Assembly: GCA_049512775.1 (NCBI GenBank)
Contig: JBEKWU010000004.1
Location: forward strand, 3,096-67,095
Origin: Bryobacteraceae bacterium
GTDB taxonomy: Bacteria > Acidobacteriota > Terriglobia > Bryobacterales > Bryobacteraceae
DNA length: 64,000 nucleotides
Direction of reading: 5' to 3'
Shown here: in pieces, positions 7,540 through 16,310 of the stretch
Layout: every line of letters begins with the position of its first letter
How positions within the stretch are numbered: the first letter of the stretch is position 1
The notes under the pieces: generated by a model
Databases searched by the model: none
Told to the model about the DNA's origin: nothing
Seen by the model: only the letters and a program-made list of their open reading frames with translations
Program-made: the position numbers and the translations under genes

Positions 7540-10197
7540 TTAGGGCCGTCCGAGGATGACGAAACCGGACCAGAAGACGGGGTGTTCGGGCAAGACGGTG
7601 TCGCCCAGGGGAGTGGACACGCGGACCCGCCCCTGGCGCAGAGCGGTCAGCAGTTCGAGTTGAGCCTCGCGCAGGGCTTCGCTCTTGGTCCGGCCTCCGG
7701 AGAGGTGGCGATAGAAGCTGGTGACCAACAGGCGGGCGGGCTCGTCGGCGACATCCCACAGCGTGGCCAGCAGGCTGCTCGCTCCGGCGTAGAAGAAGGC
7801 GCGGGTCAGGCCCACAATACCGTCGCCGGTGATGGGACCATCCGCGGTCCGGCAGGCGCTGAGGACGACGAGGTCGGCGTTGAGATGGAGGTCGTAGATC
7901 TCGCGCACGGTGAGGCGGCCGTCCTCCGGCCCAGCGGCGGAGCGGCCGCCCAGGGCGAGGAAGGAATCGAACGGCCGATCGTCGATCAGCACGCCATGCG
8001 TGGCGAAGTGGATCACGCGGTGCAGGGGCATCTGTTCCCGAACCGCGGGCTCCGCCGCCGCGGGTCCGCCGAGCATCGTGACGCGCTGTCCTTCGAGGAT
8101 CGCGGCGACGGAGGCCGACTCCCGCTTCGCGCCCGGAAGAGCAGGCAGCGGGCGGCCATCCGGGCCGGGCGGCATCCCGCGCGGGTCCGAAACCAGGAGG
8201 TAGCCTGGCGGGAAGGGCAGCGGGGGCGTCGAAGCGCCGCCGGCGGAAGAGAGAAGAGAGACCGCGGGAGCGTAGCTCAAGACGTGGTCTTCGAGCAGGT
8301 AGCGGTTGCTCGCGTCCTTCAAGGAAGCGAACGACAGGCGGTGCAGTGGACCGTGCGGCACGATCAAAAGCGCGGTGTGAGGCGCGGCGCGGAGGCAACT
8401 CGCCACAGGCTGCACCAGGAGACGGTGGAGTTCCCGGAGCACATCGGCGTCCTCCCCAATGGCCGGCCGTGCGGGGCCGCGGCGTGGAGCATCCGGGAAG
8501 TGGCCCGCGGCCCGGCGAACGAGTTCCTCGATGCGGCCGGGCGCGACCGGGACCCGGGCGGCCTTGATTTCGCCGCGCGGCGGGATGGCCCAGATGAAGG
8601 TCGCCCGCCTGCCGACCCAGTAGGTGAGGACGGTGGTTTGCATGGCTTCCGCGGTCTGACGAATGGAAGCCACGGAGGGCTGCGGAGCGGCGGCGAGGCT
8701 GGCGATGTGCGGCTCTTCGGTTCCCGGCTGGGCGGAGCCGGGCGGAGGGCCCGGCGCGGTGGCCTGCTGGGCCTGGTCCTGCAAGGAGCGGCTGGCGAGC
8801 AGGTCGAGAAAGGCCCGGGCGCGGGCTTGTTCGGCGGTGGCGAGCGCCTCTTCGGGCAATCCCTGCCGGAAGTACAAATCGATGGCGAAGTCGAACAGGC
8901 TGCCGCCGGACTCGGCGTAGCCGCGCTTCAGATAGTCGGTGGGGACGATACGGGCACGGAGCTTCTCGTGAGCGGCCAGGGCCTGGCGAACATCGGAGAC
9001 TGCCTCGGCGCCCTGGCCGGATGCGTCCAAAGCCCGGGCGCGTGAGTAACGGGCGTCGCGGGTTACGTCCGCGGCGCCCAGTTTGGTCGAAATCTCCAGG
9101 GCCTTCTCGGCGGACTGGATGGCCTCCTCAGGCTGTCGCAGCCCGAGGTAGGCATTTGCCAGCGAGACAAGTCTCGCGCCCGCCGCGTCGGGATACAACT
9201 GGAGCGATTCCTGAAGGAGCCCGCGAGCGGCTTCGTATTCCTGCTTCGCCAGGTGAAGCGTGGCGAGGTTGGCCAGCGCGCCGGAAAGCAGGTTCCGCGA
9301 GCCGGTCTGCCGGGCCACCTGGGCGGCTTCCTGGGCCAGCCGCAGTGCTTCCAAGGGATGGCCGAGACGGCGGTGCGCAGCCGAGAGACTGCCGAGGGCG
9401 TAGGCCACCGCCTGCTGGTCGCCCAGCTCGCGGTGGATCGCCAAGGCTTGCTCATAGAATCCGAGGGCGGCTTCCGGACGCTGGTGTGTGGCGTACAGCC
9501 GTCCCAGGCTGATCAGGACCCTGGCCCGGTCTCCGCGGTCGGCCGGTGTGACCAGCCTGGCCAGCGACCGGTCGAGCTTGTCCACGGCGCCGCGCAAATC
9601 GCCGAGAAAGTAGAGCGTATCTCCCCACAGGTGGTAGCTCTTGCCGGACAGATGGGCATCCTGGAGTTCCTCGGCGGCCTGGATGGCCGAGGCGATCCGG
9701 GCCTGGCGCTGTCCGTCGGCGGGTGAAGCCAGCAAGGCGAGGTTGTACAGGGTCTTGGCCCTCTCCGTCCGCTCTCCGGCGGCCTCGAAGCCCGCCAGAG
9801 CCTCCTCATAGAGCTTACCTGCTACCGGGCGATTGCCGGTGGCCCACTCGGTGTAAGCCAGATCGTTGCGCGCGCGGGCCGCGCTCAGCGTATCCAGGGG
9901 CTGGCGCAGGTGGAGTTCGAGTGCGCGGCTCAACGCCTGCCGCGCCTCCCGGAAGTTGCCCCGCGCGTTGTGGATCATCCCGAGCCCGCGCAAGGCCTCC
10001 GCTTCCCCCCACGTGTGGCGGGCTGAGACAGCCAGATCCAGACTCTTCCGGAAAGTGGGTTCGGCGCGGGCGTATTCCTTGCGGTGCAAGGAGGCGAAGC
10101 CCTCATCGAGGAGACCACGCAGGGTTTTGTCCAGGGCGGCGTCCTGATCCTGACAGAGCAGCGGGAGAGCAAAGGCGAGCAGAGCCAGGCGGAGCAT
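7540..10197 (-). CDS. Secreted TPR-repeat / CHAT-domain (caspase-like) protease
   Basis: N-terminal signal peptide MLRLALLAFALPLLCQDQD, followed by a long run of TPR-like repeats. The C-terminal CHAT domain carries both catalytic motifs: VIHFATHGV (His) and LVVLSACRTADG (Cys). Confidence 0.85.
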   Translation of the reverse strand: MLRLALLAFALPLLCQDQDAALDKTLRGLLDEGFASLHRKEYARAEPTFRKSLDLAVSARHTWGEAEALRGLGMIHNARGNFREARQALSRALELHLRQPLDTLSAARARNDLAYTEWATGNRPVAGKLYEEALAGFEAAGERTERAKTLYNLALLASPADGQRQARIASAIQAAEELQDAHLSGKSYHLWGDTLYFLGDLRGAVDKLDRSLARLVTPADRGDRARVLISLGRLYATHQRPEAALGFYEQALAIHRELGDQQAVAYALGSLSAAHRRLGHPLEALRLAQEAAQVARQTGSRNLLSGALANLATLHLAKQEYEAARGLLQESLQLYPDAAGARLVSLANAYLGLRQPEEAIQSAEKALEISTKLGAADVTRDARYSRARALDASGQGAEAVSDVRQALAAHEKLRARIVPTDYLKRGYAESGGSLFDFAIDLYFRQGLPEEALATAEQARARAFLDLLASRSLQDQAQQATAPGPPPGSAQPGTEEPHIASLAAAPQPSVASIRQTAEAMQTTVLTYWVGRRATFIWAIPPRGEIKAARVPVAPGRIEELVRRAAGHFPDAPRRGPARPAIGEDADVLRELHRLLVQPVASCLRAAPHTALLIVPHGPLHRLSFASLKDASNRYLLEDHVLSYAPAVSLLSSAGGASTPPLPFPPGYLLVSDPRGMPPGPDGRPLPALPGAKRESASVAAILEGQRVTMLGGPAAAEPAVREQMPLHRVIHFATHGVLIDDRPFDSFLALGGRSAAGPEDGRLTVREIYDLHLNADLVVLSACRTADGPITGDGIVGLTRAFFYAGASSLLATLWDVADEPARLLVTSFYRHLSGGRTKSEALREAQLELLTALRQGRVRVSTPLGDTVLPEHPVFWSGFVILGRP

Positions 10198-10200
10198 CCG

Positions 10201-11139
10201 CTATCTCTGAGGCGAGGCGAAGGCGGGCGAGGCCAACTGGCGGAGCGCGAGGCAGGCGGAGGCAGAGTGCAGGGCGCCGCCGGAGCACAACTGCTCCAGG
10301 TGCGGGCGAGCCTGCCGTACCGTTCCGGCCCGCAAGTGGGCCAGCGAAAGATACCAGGAGGCCTCCTCACGCTGGGCCGGGTCGCCGAGGGTTCTGGCCT
10401 GCGCGAGTGGAGCCACGGCATCCTCGGGACGCCCGGTCAACAGCAGGCACACGCCGCGGTAGAACGCCACCTCGAAGATCTCAGGATAGCGACTGGCGAG
10501 GGGAGCGAGCCGATCTGCGGCTTCCCGGAAGTCCCCCTTCTCGTAAGGAGCCAAGGCGGCGGCAATCTCCCGGGTGGATGCGGGCGGAGAGGGCTGCCCC
10601 GAGCCGCGCCAGAGCAGGAGTCCGTCGAGCGGCAGACGGAGCGGGGGTTTCTCGACCGCCGCGATGGCCCACAGGTCATAGGCCGGGGAGGCGATGGAGG
10701 CCATCCGCGGTCGCGGTGGCGCGACGGTGGAGGAAAGTACCGGGAGGAGGTTGACGGTGAGCAACAGCGACATCGCCGCCGCCGCAGCCACCGGCAGCCA
10801 CGTCCTGTAAGTCCAGGTCCGCCACGGCGCCCACCTCCGGTGCTGCTTGGGCAACTGCTGTTGCAGGCGCCGCCAGAGCGTGTCCACGTCCCGTGGCTCG
10901 GGAGCGGGGCCCGGCCACTGGGCCAGGTCCTGAACCAGGCGGCGGCAAGCGGCGCACCCGGTCAGGTGGAGGTCCATCGCCTGTTTCTGCTCCTCGGGCA
11001 GGGCGCCGGCGGAGAACGCCTGGAGGCGCGCGGGGGAAGGGCACACAGCCGGCGGGCGCTCCGTGCGAGGAGCGGAGCCGGCGAGTTCGTCCAGGAACCC
11101 GATTTCGTCGGGGTCGAGGTCGTGAATTCGACCGCTCAT
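10201..11139 (-). CDS. Zinc-binding (ZAS, zf-HC2) transmembrane anti-sigma factor with an extracytoplasmic TPR-like domain
   Basis: MSGRIHDL... contains the H-x3-C-x2-C motif (HLTGCAAC) and one TM segment (TWLPVAAAAAMSLLLTVNLLPVL). Its ATG overlaps the sigma gene stop (ATGA). The 663-aa track ORF is an upstream read-through artefact. Confidence 0.8.
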   Translation of the reverse strand: MSGRIHDLDPDEIGFLDELAGSAPRTERPPAVCPSPARLQAFSAGALPEEQKQAMDLHLTGCAACRRLVQDLAQWPGPAPEPRDVDTLWRRLQQQLPKQHRRWAPWRTWTYRTWLPVAAAAAMSLLLTVNLLPVLSSTVAPPRPRMASIASPAYDLWAIAAVEKPPLRLPLDGLLLWRGSGQPSPPASTREIAAALAPYEKGDFREAADRLAPLASRYPEIFEVAFYRGVCLLLTGRPEDAVAPLAQARTLGDPAQREEASWYLSLAHLRAGTVRQARPHLEQLCSGGALHSASACLALRQLASPAFASPQR

Positions 11140-11618
11140 CCCTGTGCCTCCCCCCGGCGCTCGGCCAAGGTCTTGCGAAGCAACTCCAATCCGTATCGCA
11201 AGTAGCCTTTCACCTGGGTTTCCCGCAGGCCCGTAAATGTCGCGATCTCCTCCCGGCTCATACCGTGAACATAGCGGAGGGTCAGGCAGATCCGGTGGGC
11301 GGCGTTCAAGTCCCTGCTCTCCAGAAGTCCCCAGTCGGCGGAGAGTTCCGCCGGTTGGAAGACGTCCCGCTGGCGCTCGGCGAACTCGGTCTCCAGCTTG
11401 TGATGCCGCCAATAGTCGATGGCTCGGTTCTTGACCACGGCATAGAGCCAGGAGGGAAGTTGCTGCTCGTCGATTCTTTCGACATTCCGGAAGAGTTCCA
11501 GGAAGGCCTGGCTGGCGATCTCTTCCGCGACGTCGGGCCGGCCGACGCAGCGCCGGGCGTAGCCGAGGACCGCAGCGCCATGCCTCCGATATGCACCTTC
11601 GAACTCCTCTATCTCCAT
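11136..11618 (-). CDS. ECF-family RNA polymerase sigma-70 factor
   Basis: MEIEEFEGAYRRHGAAVLGYARRCVGRPDVAEEIASQAFLELF... Region 2 is present (LYAVVKNRAIDYWRH), as is region 4 (LTLRYVHGMSREEIATFTGLRETQVKGYL). Confidence 0.9.
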   Translation of the reverse strand: MEIEEFEGAYRRHGAAVLGYARRCVGRPDVAEEIASQAFLELFRNVERIDEQQLPSWLYAVVKNRAIDYWRHHKLETEFAERQRDVFQPAELSADWGLLESRDLNAAHRICLTLRYVHGMSREEIATFTGLRETQVKGYLRYGLELLRKTLAERRGEAQG

Positions 11619-12253
11619 TACGGACGGGCACTCCGATTCGGAACAAAACCGAAATGGTCCTTCTTGGGCGGCCCGGAGGGGGCCCTGCCGTGCTCGCCGC
11701 GAATACCCAATTGTACTGGAACTGCGGCCGGGGATGCTTGGTGCACTGCGCGCGCGGGGCAAAGACCAGACCGGCCACCAGGCTGGTAGTGTGGTGCGCC
11801 GGAGAGCGTGCCCCCTCCTTGACGGTTGGGGCTCGCGGTCGGGCGGTCCTCCGTTCGACCGCCGGTGGCCGAAATCGGTTCGTGGCCTGATAGCTCTGGC
11901 CGGCGCCGGAGCGCGCAACGGCTAAATGCCAATCCACCCGGGGAACAGAAGCTTGAAGAAGAAGGTGAAACATGAAACTCGAGTCGGTTCTGAAAGTGGC
12001 TGCACTTGCCGTTGCCGGTGTGGTTTCGGCGGAATCGCCGCTGTGCCCGTATATCGCGCGATAGACCGCGAGACGGATCCGGTCGTCGTTCGGCGACAGC
12101 GGCAGCACACCGCAACATGCCAGCGCACTGCGCTGCGGAGCCAAGTTCCCGATGGGGTTTCGTCGACTGGGGGGAACTGCGGAGAGAGACATCGAGCTTG
12201 GCCCGATTGCACGCGCGAGCCCAGGCCTGTTCCGTAAGTTATTGATTTTAAGT

Positions 12254-12342
12254 AGCGGAGAGAGAGAGATTCGAACCCTGAAGCGGCATTGAAAACACGC
12301 AACCTATTCAATTTGGGTTCCGTTGAATCCTCCCAATCCTCC
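12254..12342 (-). pseudogene. Degenerate class-II (tRNA-Ser-like) tRNA relic
   Basis: The minus strand reads GGAGGATTGGGAGGATTCAACGGAACCCAAATTGAATAGGTTGCGTGTTTTCAATGCCGCTTCAGGGTTCGAATCTCTCTCTCTCCGCT. Its length and landmarks resemble tRNA-Ser (GGAG...CAACGGA D-region, TTGAA, long variable region, GGTTCGAATC T-loop, TCTCTCC acceptor). However, the acceptor, T and anticodon stems all carry mismatches, and the anticodon loop is 9 nt by eye. Confidence 0.3.
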
Positions 12343-12930
12343 AGATCCTCTGCATCCTTGGACCTGATTGCACACAGTGCCGACGCCAGCGCCCCCGGGG
12401 TCGACCGACCGGAAGAGGACAACGCACGTCGGAGATCTTCGCGTCCTGGACTTCCGCGCAGGCGGCAGCGATGGTCTTGCGGAGAGGCTCGCCGAAGTCG
12501 GTGTATTCGATGCTTGGCCGCCAACGGTCCGGAGATTCTGTTTCGATCAATTCGCCGACGACCCGCCGCAGCCCTGGCCCCGGCCGGAACCCAGCCGCTT
12601 CCCAGCCGGCTGCCATGGCCCCAGCCTCGTCCCAAGTCACTTGGCCCGCCGTCGCGGATTACCCAGAATTGCCCAGAAGACCGCAAGCGAAGCGGTCCGA
12701 GCTTCCACCACGGCTTCGTCCGGATTGCGAAAGCCAAGGAACGCTGCTGGGCCGCTCAACTCAGCCACGGCGCACTGGGATCCCGAGCCCGGAGGCCCTG
12801 GCCAGCGGATCTGGCCGATGCTCCCAGCGCCGTGCTCCGCGTCTCCCAAGCATTAAGGAGGGCTACATCCGGGAACGGGGCCGCCACCGGCGGATGCCGG
12901 GCTGCCAGGGCTCTCGAGTTGGCCCTGGCC

Positions 12931-12959
12931 TTGCACCGGGAAGCGGAAAGGTGTATAAG
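12931..12959 (+). promoter_or_regulatory. Sigma-70-like promoter: TTGCAC, 17-nt spacer, TATAAG
   Basis: ttgcac (12931-12936) and tataag (12954-12959), about 45 nt upstream of the ATG at 13005. Confidence 0.45.
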
Positions 12960-13004
12960 AACTCTTGTCCAGCATTCGAAGACGGAAAGGGGCGCGCGCG
13001 AACC

Positions 13005-13811
13005 ATGTCGATCATCACCATTTCCAGGGGGACCTTCAGCGGCGGCAAAATGCTCGCCGAATGCTTGAGCCGTAGACTCGGCTACCGGTGCATCGACCGG
13101 GATGTACTCGTCGAGAGAGCCGCGGCACAGCGCGTATCCCAGCAGGAACTCCGCACGGCCCTGGAAGAGCCCCCCACCGTTCCGGGCCGGTTCAACCATA
13201 AGAGGTACATCTACCTGGCCCTGATTCAGGCGGCCCTCATGGAAGAGGTCCGCACGGGACAAGCGATCTATCACGGGCTCGCCGGCCACCTGTTGCTGCG
13301 GGGAGCACCTGGGCTGCTCCGCTTGCGGATCATCGCGCCTATGGACTTCCGCATCCGCATGGCCCAGGATCGGTTGAAGCTGGGCCGTACGGAGGCCGTC
13401 GCGCACATCGAGAAAATGGATCGGGACCGCCGCCAGTGGACGCAGTTCCTTTATGGGGTGGACTGGGGAGATCCCTCGCTCTACCACCTCGTCATAAACC
13501 TGGAGGATATCAGCATCGACCAGACCTGCCTGGTCGTCATCTCAATGCTCGAACAGCGCGGCGGCTTCGAATTCTCGCCGGAATGCCAGGCGGCGATGAA
13601 TGACCTCGCGCTCGCCAGTCGTGTGCGGGCCGAGTTGGCGCTGAATCCGTTTACCTCGAATCTCGAAGTCGAGGTAGTAGCCAGCGGCGGGTCGGTTTCG
13701 ATTCGGGGAGAGCTTTTCGAGCAGTTGGAGGAGGTCCAAAGGGTGGTCTGTGCGGTTCCGGGGGTGATGGGGCTCGCTATCGACGAGCCTGCCCCGGCCG
13801 ACCACGCCTGA
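13005..13811 (+). CDS. Cytidylate-kinase-like family protein with a C-terminal BON-like domain (paralog 1)
   Basis: MSIITISRGTFSGGKMLAECLSRRLGYRCIDRDVLVERAA... is typical of the Cytidylate_kin2 family. The C-terminal LEVEVVASGGSVSIRGELFEQLEEVQRVVCAVPGVMGL is BON-like. It is collinear with 45039..45848. Confidence 0.75.
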   Translation: MSIITISRGTFSGGKMLAECLSRRLGYRCIDRDVLVERAAAQRVSQQELRTALEEPPTVPGRFNHKRYIYLALIQAALMEEVRTGQAIYHGLAGHLLLRGAPGLLRLRIIAPMDFRIRMAQDRLKLGRTEAVAHIEKMDRDRRQWTQFLYGVDWGDPSLYHLVINLEDISIDQTCLVVISMLEQRGGFEFSPECQAAMNDLALASRVRAELALNPFTSNLEVEVVASGGSVSIRGELFEQLEEVQRVVCAVPGVMGLAIDEPAPADHA

Positions 13812-13993
13812 CCCCGACCCGGTTCCTCACATGGCTGCGGTGGCCGGGAGTGGGCGGGCGAGCGGATCACAGCACGCCCTGCCACCCAGACCGCCCGCGC
13901 TCGAGCCGCGACGGTCTGGACTCACTCCCGCAGCACGCGATTGCTGCGTGCGGCAGCCGCCGAGAGCGCAAGTGGTCACGCTATAGTATCCTC

Positions 13994-14638
13994 ATGAGCT
14001 ACATGGTCAACCTGGTCCTGGAAGGGAGACTGGCCGTGGTAGTTGGCGGTGGCGCGGTCGCGAGCCGAAAGGTCGATGATCTCCTGGCGGCCAAGGCAAG
14101 CGTGACCGTGATCGCTCCTCGCGCCCATGATCGGATCGTGGCGCTGGCTGAGGAGAAGCGAATCCTGGGACTATGGAGACCCTATAGGACGGAGGACCTC
14201 TACGGAGCGTTTCTGACAATCGCGGCGACCGACGACGAAGCTCTCAACGCTCGCGTTGCCAAAGATGCCGTGTCGCTGAACGTGCTGGTCAACGTGGTCG
14301 ACCGGCCGGCCTTGTGCACCTTCACGGTGCCGGCTACGTTGCGCCGCGGCGACCTGACGCTTGCGGTGGCGACGGAGGGGCGCTGTCCCGCCCTGGCCGG
14401 AGTGCTCCGCGAGGAACTTGAACATCGATACGGGCCGGAATATGCCGAGCTAGTCAACCTGTTCGGCGAATTGCGAAAAGAGATGATCGCGCTGGCCTGG
14501 GACGGCCGCCGCATCCGGAAAACCCTGTCCGAAATGTATCGGGACGGAGTAATGGAACCGATCGAGGTCGGAGATCGCAGGCTGTTGAATGATTTTCTCC
14601 GCTCCCGCCTCGGATCGGCATTTCCCTTGCCGCGGTGA
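13994..14638 (+). CDS. sirC: Precorrin-2 dehydrogenase / sirohydrochlorin ferrochelatase (SirC / CysG N-terminal / Met8-like)
   Basis: LVLEGRLAVVVGGGAVASRKVDDLLAAKASVTVIAP is a Rossmann motif, followed by LNVLVNVVDRPALCTFTVPATLRRGDLTLAVATEGRCPALAGVLR. TATAGT lies 7-12 nt before the ATG, so the mRNA may be leaderless. Confidence 0.8.
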   Translation: MSYMVNLVLEGRLAVVVGGGAVASRKVDDLLAAKASVTVIAPRAHDRIVALAEEKRILGLWRPYRTEDLYGAFLTIAATDDEALNARVAKDAVSLNVLVNVVDRPALCTFTVPATLRRGDLTLAVATEGRCPALAGVLREELEHRYGPEYAELVNLFGELRKEMIALAWDGRRIRKTLSEMYRDGVMEPIEVGDRRLLNDFLRSRLGSAFPLPR

Positions 14639-14654
14639 AGCGTCGGTCCCGCGA

Positions 14655-16310
14655 TCAAGGGTTCCAGCCCCAGTAGGTCTCGTATCCTCCGGACAGGTTA
14701 CGGACCTGAAACCCGTGTTGCAGGAGCAGCCGCTGGGCGTAGTAGGACCGCTGGCCGACGGCGCAGTTCACCCAGATTTCCCGGTCGCGTGGGAGTTCGC
14801 GCAACCGCTCCCGCAACTGATTCAAGGGCACATTGATGGCGCCCTCGATGTGACCCGCGGCGTACTCGTCCGGATCGCGCACGTCCAGGATGATCGCCTG
14901 GGTTCCACTGAGTTGCTCCCACGACGCCACAGGCATGTCGCCCCGCAGGACGTTCGCCGCGACCATTCCCGCCATGTTCACCGGATCCTTGGCGGAGCCG
15001 AACTGCGGCGCATAGCACAACTCGCACTCCTCGAGATCGAAGACGGTGGCCTGCTTCTGGATTGCCATCGCCAGGACATCGATCCTCTTGTCCACGCCAT
15101 CCTCCCCTACCGCCTGCGCGCCGAGGATGCGGTTATCCTTGGCGGCGAAGACCAGCTTCATGTGGATGGGCTTGGCGCCAGGGTAATATCCGGCATGGCT
15201 GGCGGGATGGACGTAAATCGCTTGGTAGCCGCAAATGCCAGCGCGGCGCAGGGCCTTCTCGGAGGCGCCGGTGAGGGCCACCGTCAACCCGAACACGCCG
15301 CAAACGACGGTCGACTGGACTCCGCGAAACCTGGCGGGCCGGCCGCAGATCGAATCGGCCGCCACGCGGCCCTGGCGGTTGGCGGGACCTGCCATGGGAA
15401 CCACGCACCACTCGCCGGTCACGACGTCGCGGACCTCCACCGCGTCCCCAACGGCCCAAATGCTCGGGTCGCTGGTGCGCATCGAGCTATCCACACGGAT
15501 GCCGCCCTTCTTCCCGATTTCCAAGCCGGCAGCCGCGGCGAGCGTGGTTTCGGGCCGGACACCCAGTGCCAGCACGACGACATCCGCCGGATGGGGCACT
15601 CCGGACGCCGTCCACACCTGGATCCCGCCACCGGAGCGTGACTCGAACCCGGCCACGCCGTCGCCAAGGTGAAGCGTGACGCGATTGCTTTCCAGGTGCC
15701 GGCTGACAGGCTCCGCCATTTCCGCATCGAGCAGCGGGAGCAATTGCGGCAGCGCCTCGATGATGGTCACGGCCAAGCCGCGGCGGACGAGGTTCTCCGC
15801 CATCTCGAGCCCGATGAGGCCGCCGCCGACGATCACGGCGCGCGCCGGATGGCGGGTCTCGATCCACGCCTTCAGGCAGTGGGTGTCCGCCAGCGTCCGC
15901 AGCGTGAAGATGCCTGGCAGGTCGATGCCGGGCAAGGGCGGCCGGAGTGGAGCGGCGCCGGGGGAAAGGACGAGCGCATCGTACGGTTCGCGGCGCGTCT
16001 GCCCCTTTCGGAGATCGCGGACTGCGATCTCGCCACGCGCGCGGTCGATTGCCACAACCTCGTGCTCGGTGCGGACCTCAACCCTGAAGCGCTCCTGCAA
16101 CAGTTCGGGCGAGGCGACGAACAACCTGCTCTCATCCGGGATCACGTTTCCGACCGAATACGGCAACCCGCAACTGCCGATCGAGACGTAGGGCGCGCGT
16201 TCGAAGACGACGATGTCCGCATGTTCGTCCAGGCGCCGCAGCCTGGCGGCGCAACTCGCACCGCCGGCCATTCCGCCGACGATAAGGACCCGCTTGCGCC
16301 GATGCGTCAT
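14655..16310 (-). CDS. CoA-disulfide reductase-family FAD oxidoreductase fused to a C-terminal rhodanese domain (persulfide/polysulfide reductase-like)
   Basis: RVLIVGGMAGGASCAARL (FAD binding), the redox Cys in SIGSCGLPY, and a C-terminal rhodanese domain with active-site loop CAVGQRS. Start at MTHRRKR; the 699-aa track ORF overruns the TauE gene. Confidence 0.85.
   Translation of the reverse strand: MTHRRKRVLIVGGMAGGASCAARLRRLDEHADIVVFERAPYVSIGSCGLPYSVGNVIPDESRLFVASPELLQERFRVEVRTEHEVVAIDRARGEIAVRDLRKGQTRREPYDALVLSPGAAPLRPPLPGIDLPGIFTLRTLADTHCLKAWIETRHPARAVIVGGGLIGLEMAENLVRRGLAVTIIEALPQLLPLLDAEMAEPVSRHLESNRVTLHLGDGVAGFESRSGGGIQVWTASGVPHPADVVVLALGVRPETTLAAAAGLEIGKKGGIRVDSSMRTSDPSIWAVGDAVEVRDVVTGEWCVVPMAGPANRQGRVAADSICGRPARFRGVQSTVVCGVFGLTVALTGASEKALRRAGICGYQAIYVHPASHAGYYPGAKPIHMKLVFAAKDNRILGAQAVGEDGVDKRIDVLAMAIQKQATVFDLEECELCYAPQFGSAKDPVNMAGMVAANVLRGDMPVASWEQLSGTQAIILDVRDPDEYAAGHIEGAINVPLNQLRERLRELPRDREIWVNCAVGQRSYYAQRLLLQHGFQVRNLSGGYETYWGWNP

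Noticed and set aside
7447-9045. 532-aa plus-strand ORF
   Set aside because: It is antisense to the TPR-CHAT gene and has no recognisable motifs. GC-driven open frame.
10201-12192. 663-aa minus-strand ORF suggesting one large protein across 10.2-12.2 kb
   Set aside because: Only the last 312 codons (from the ATG at 11139) look like a protein, namely the ZAS anti-sigma factor. The upstream part overlaps the ECF sigma gene in another frame, continues into non-coding debris, and has an Arg/Pro-rich nonsense composition.
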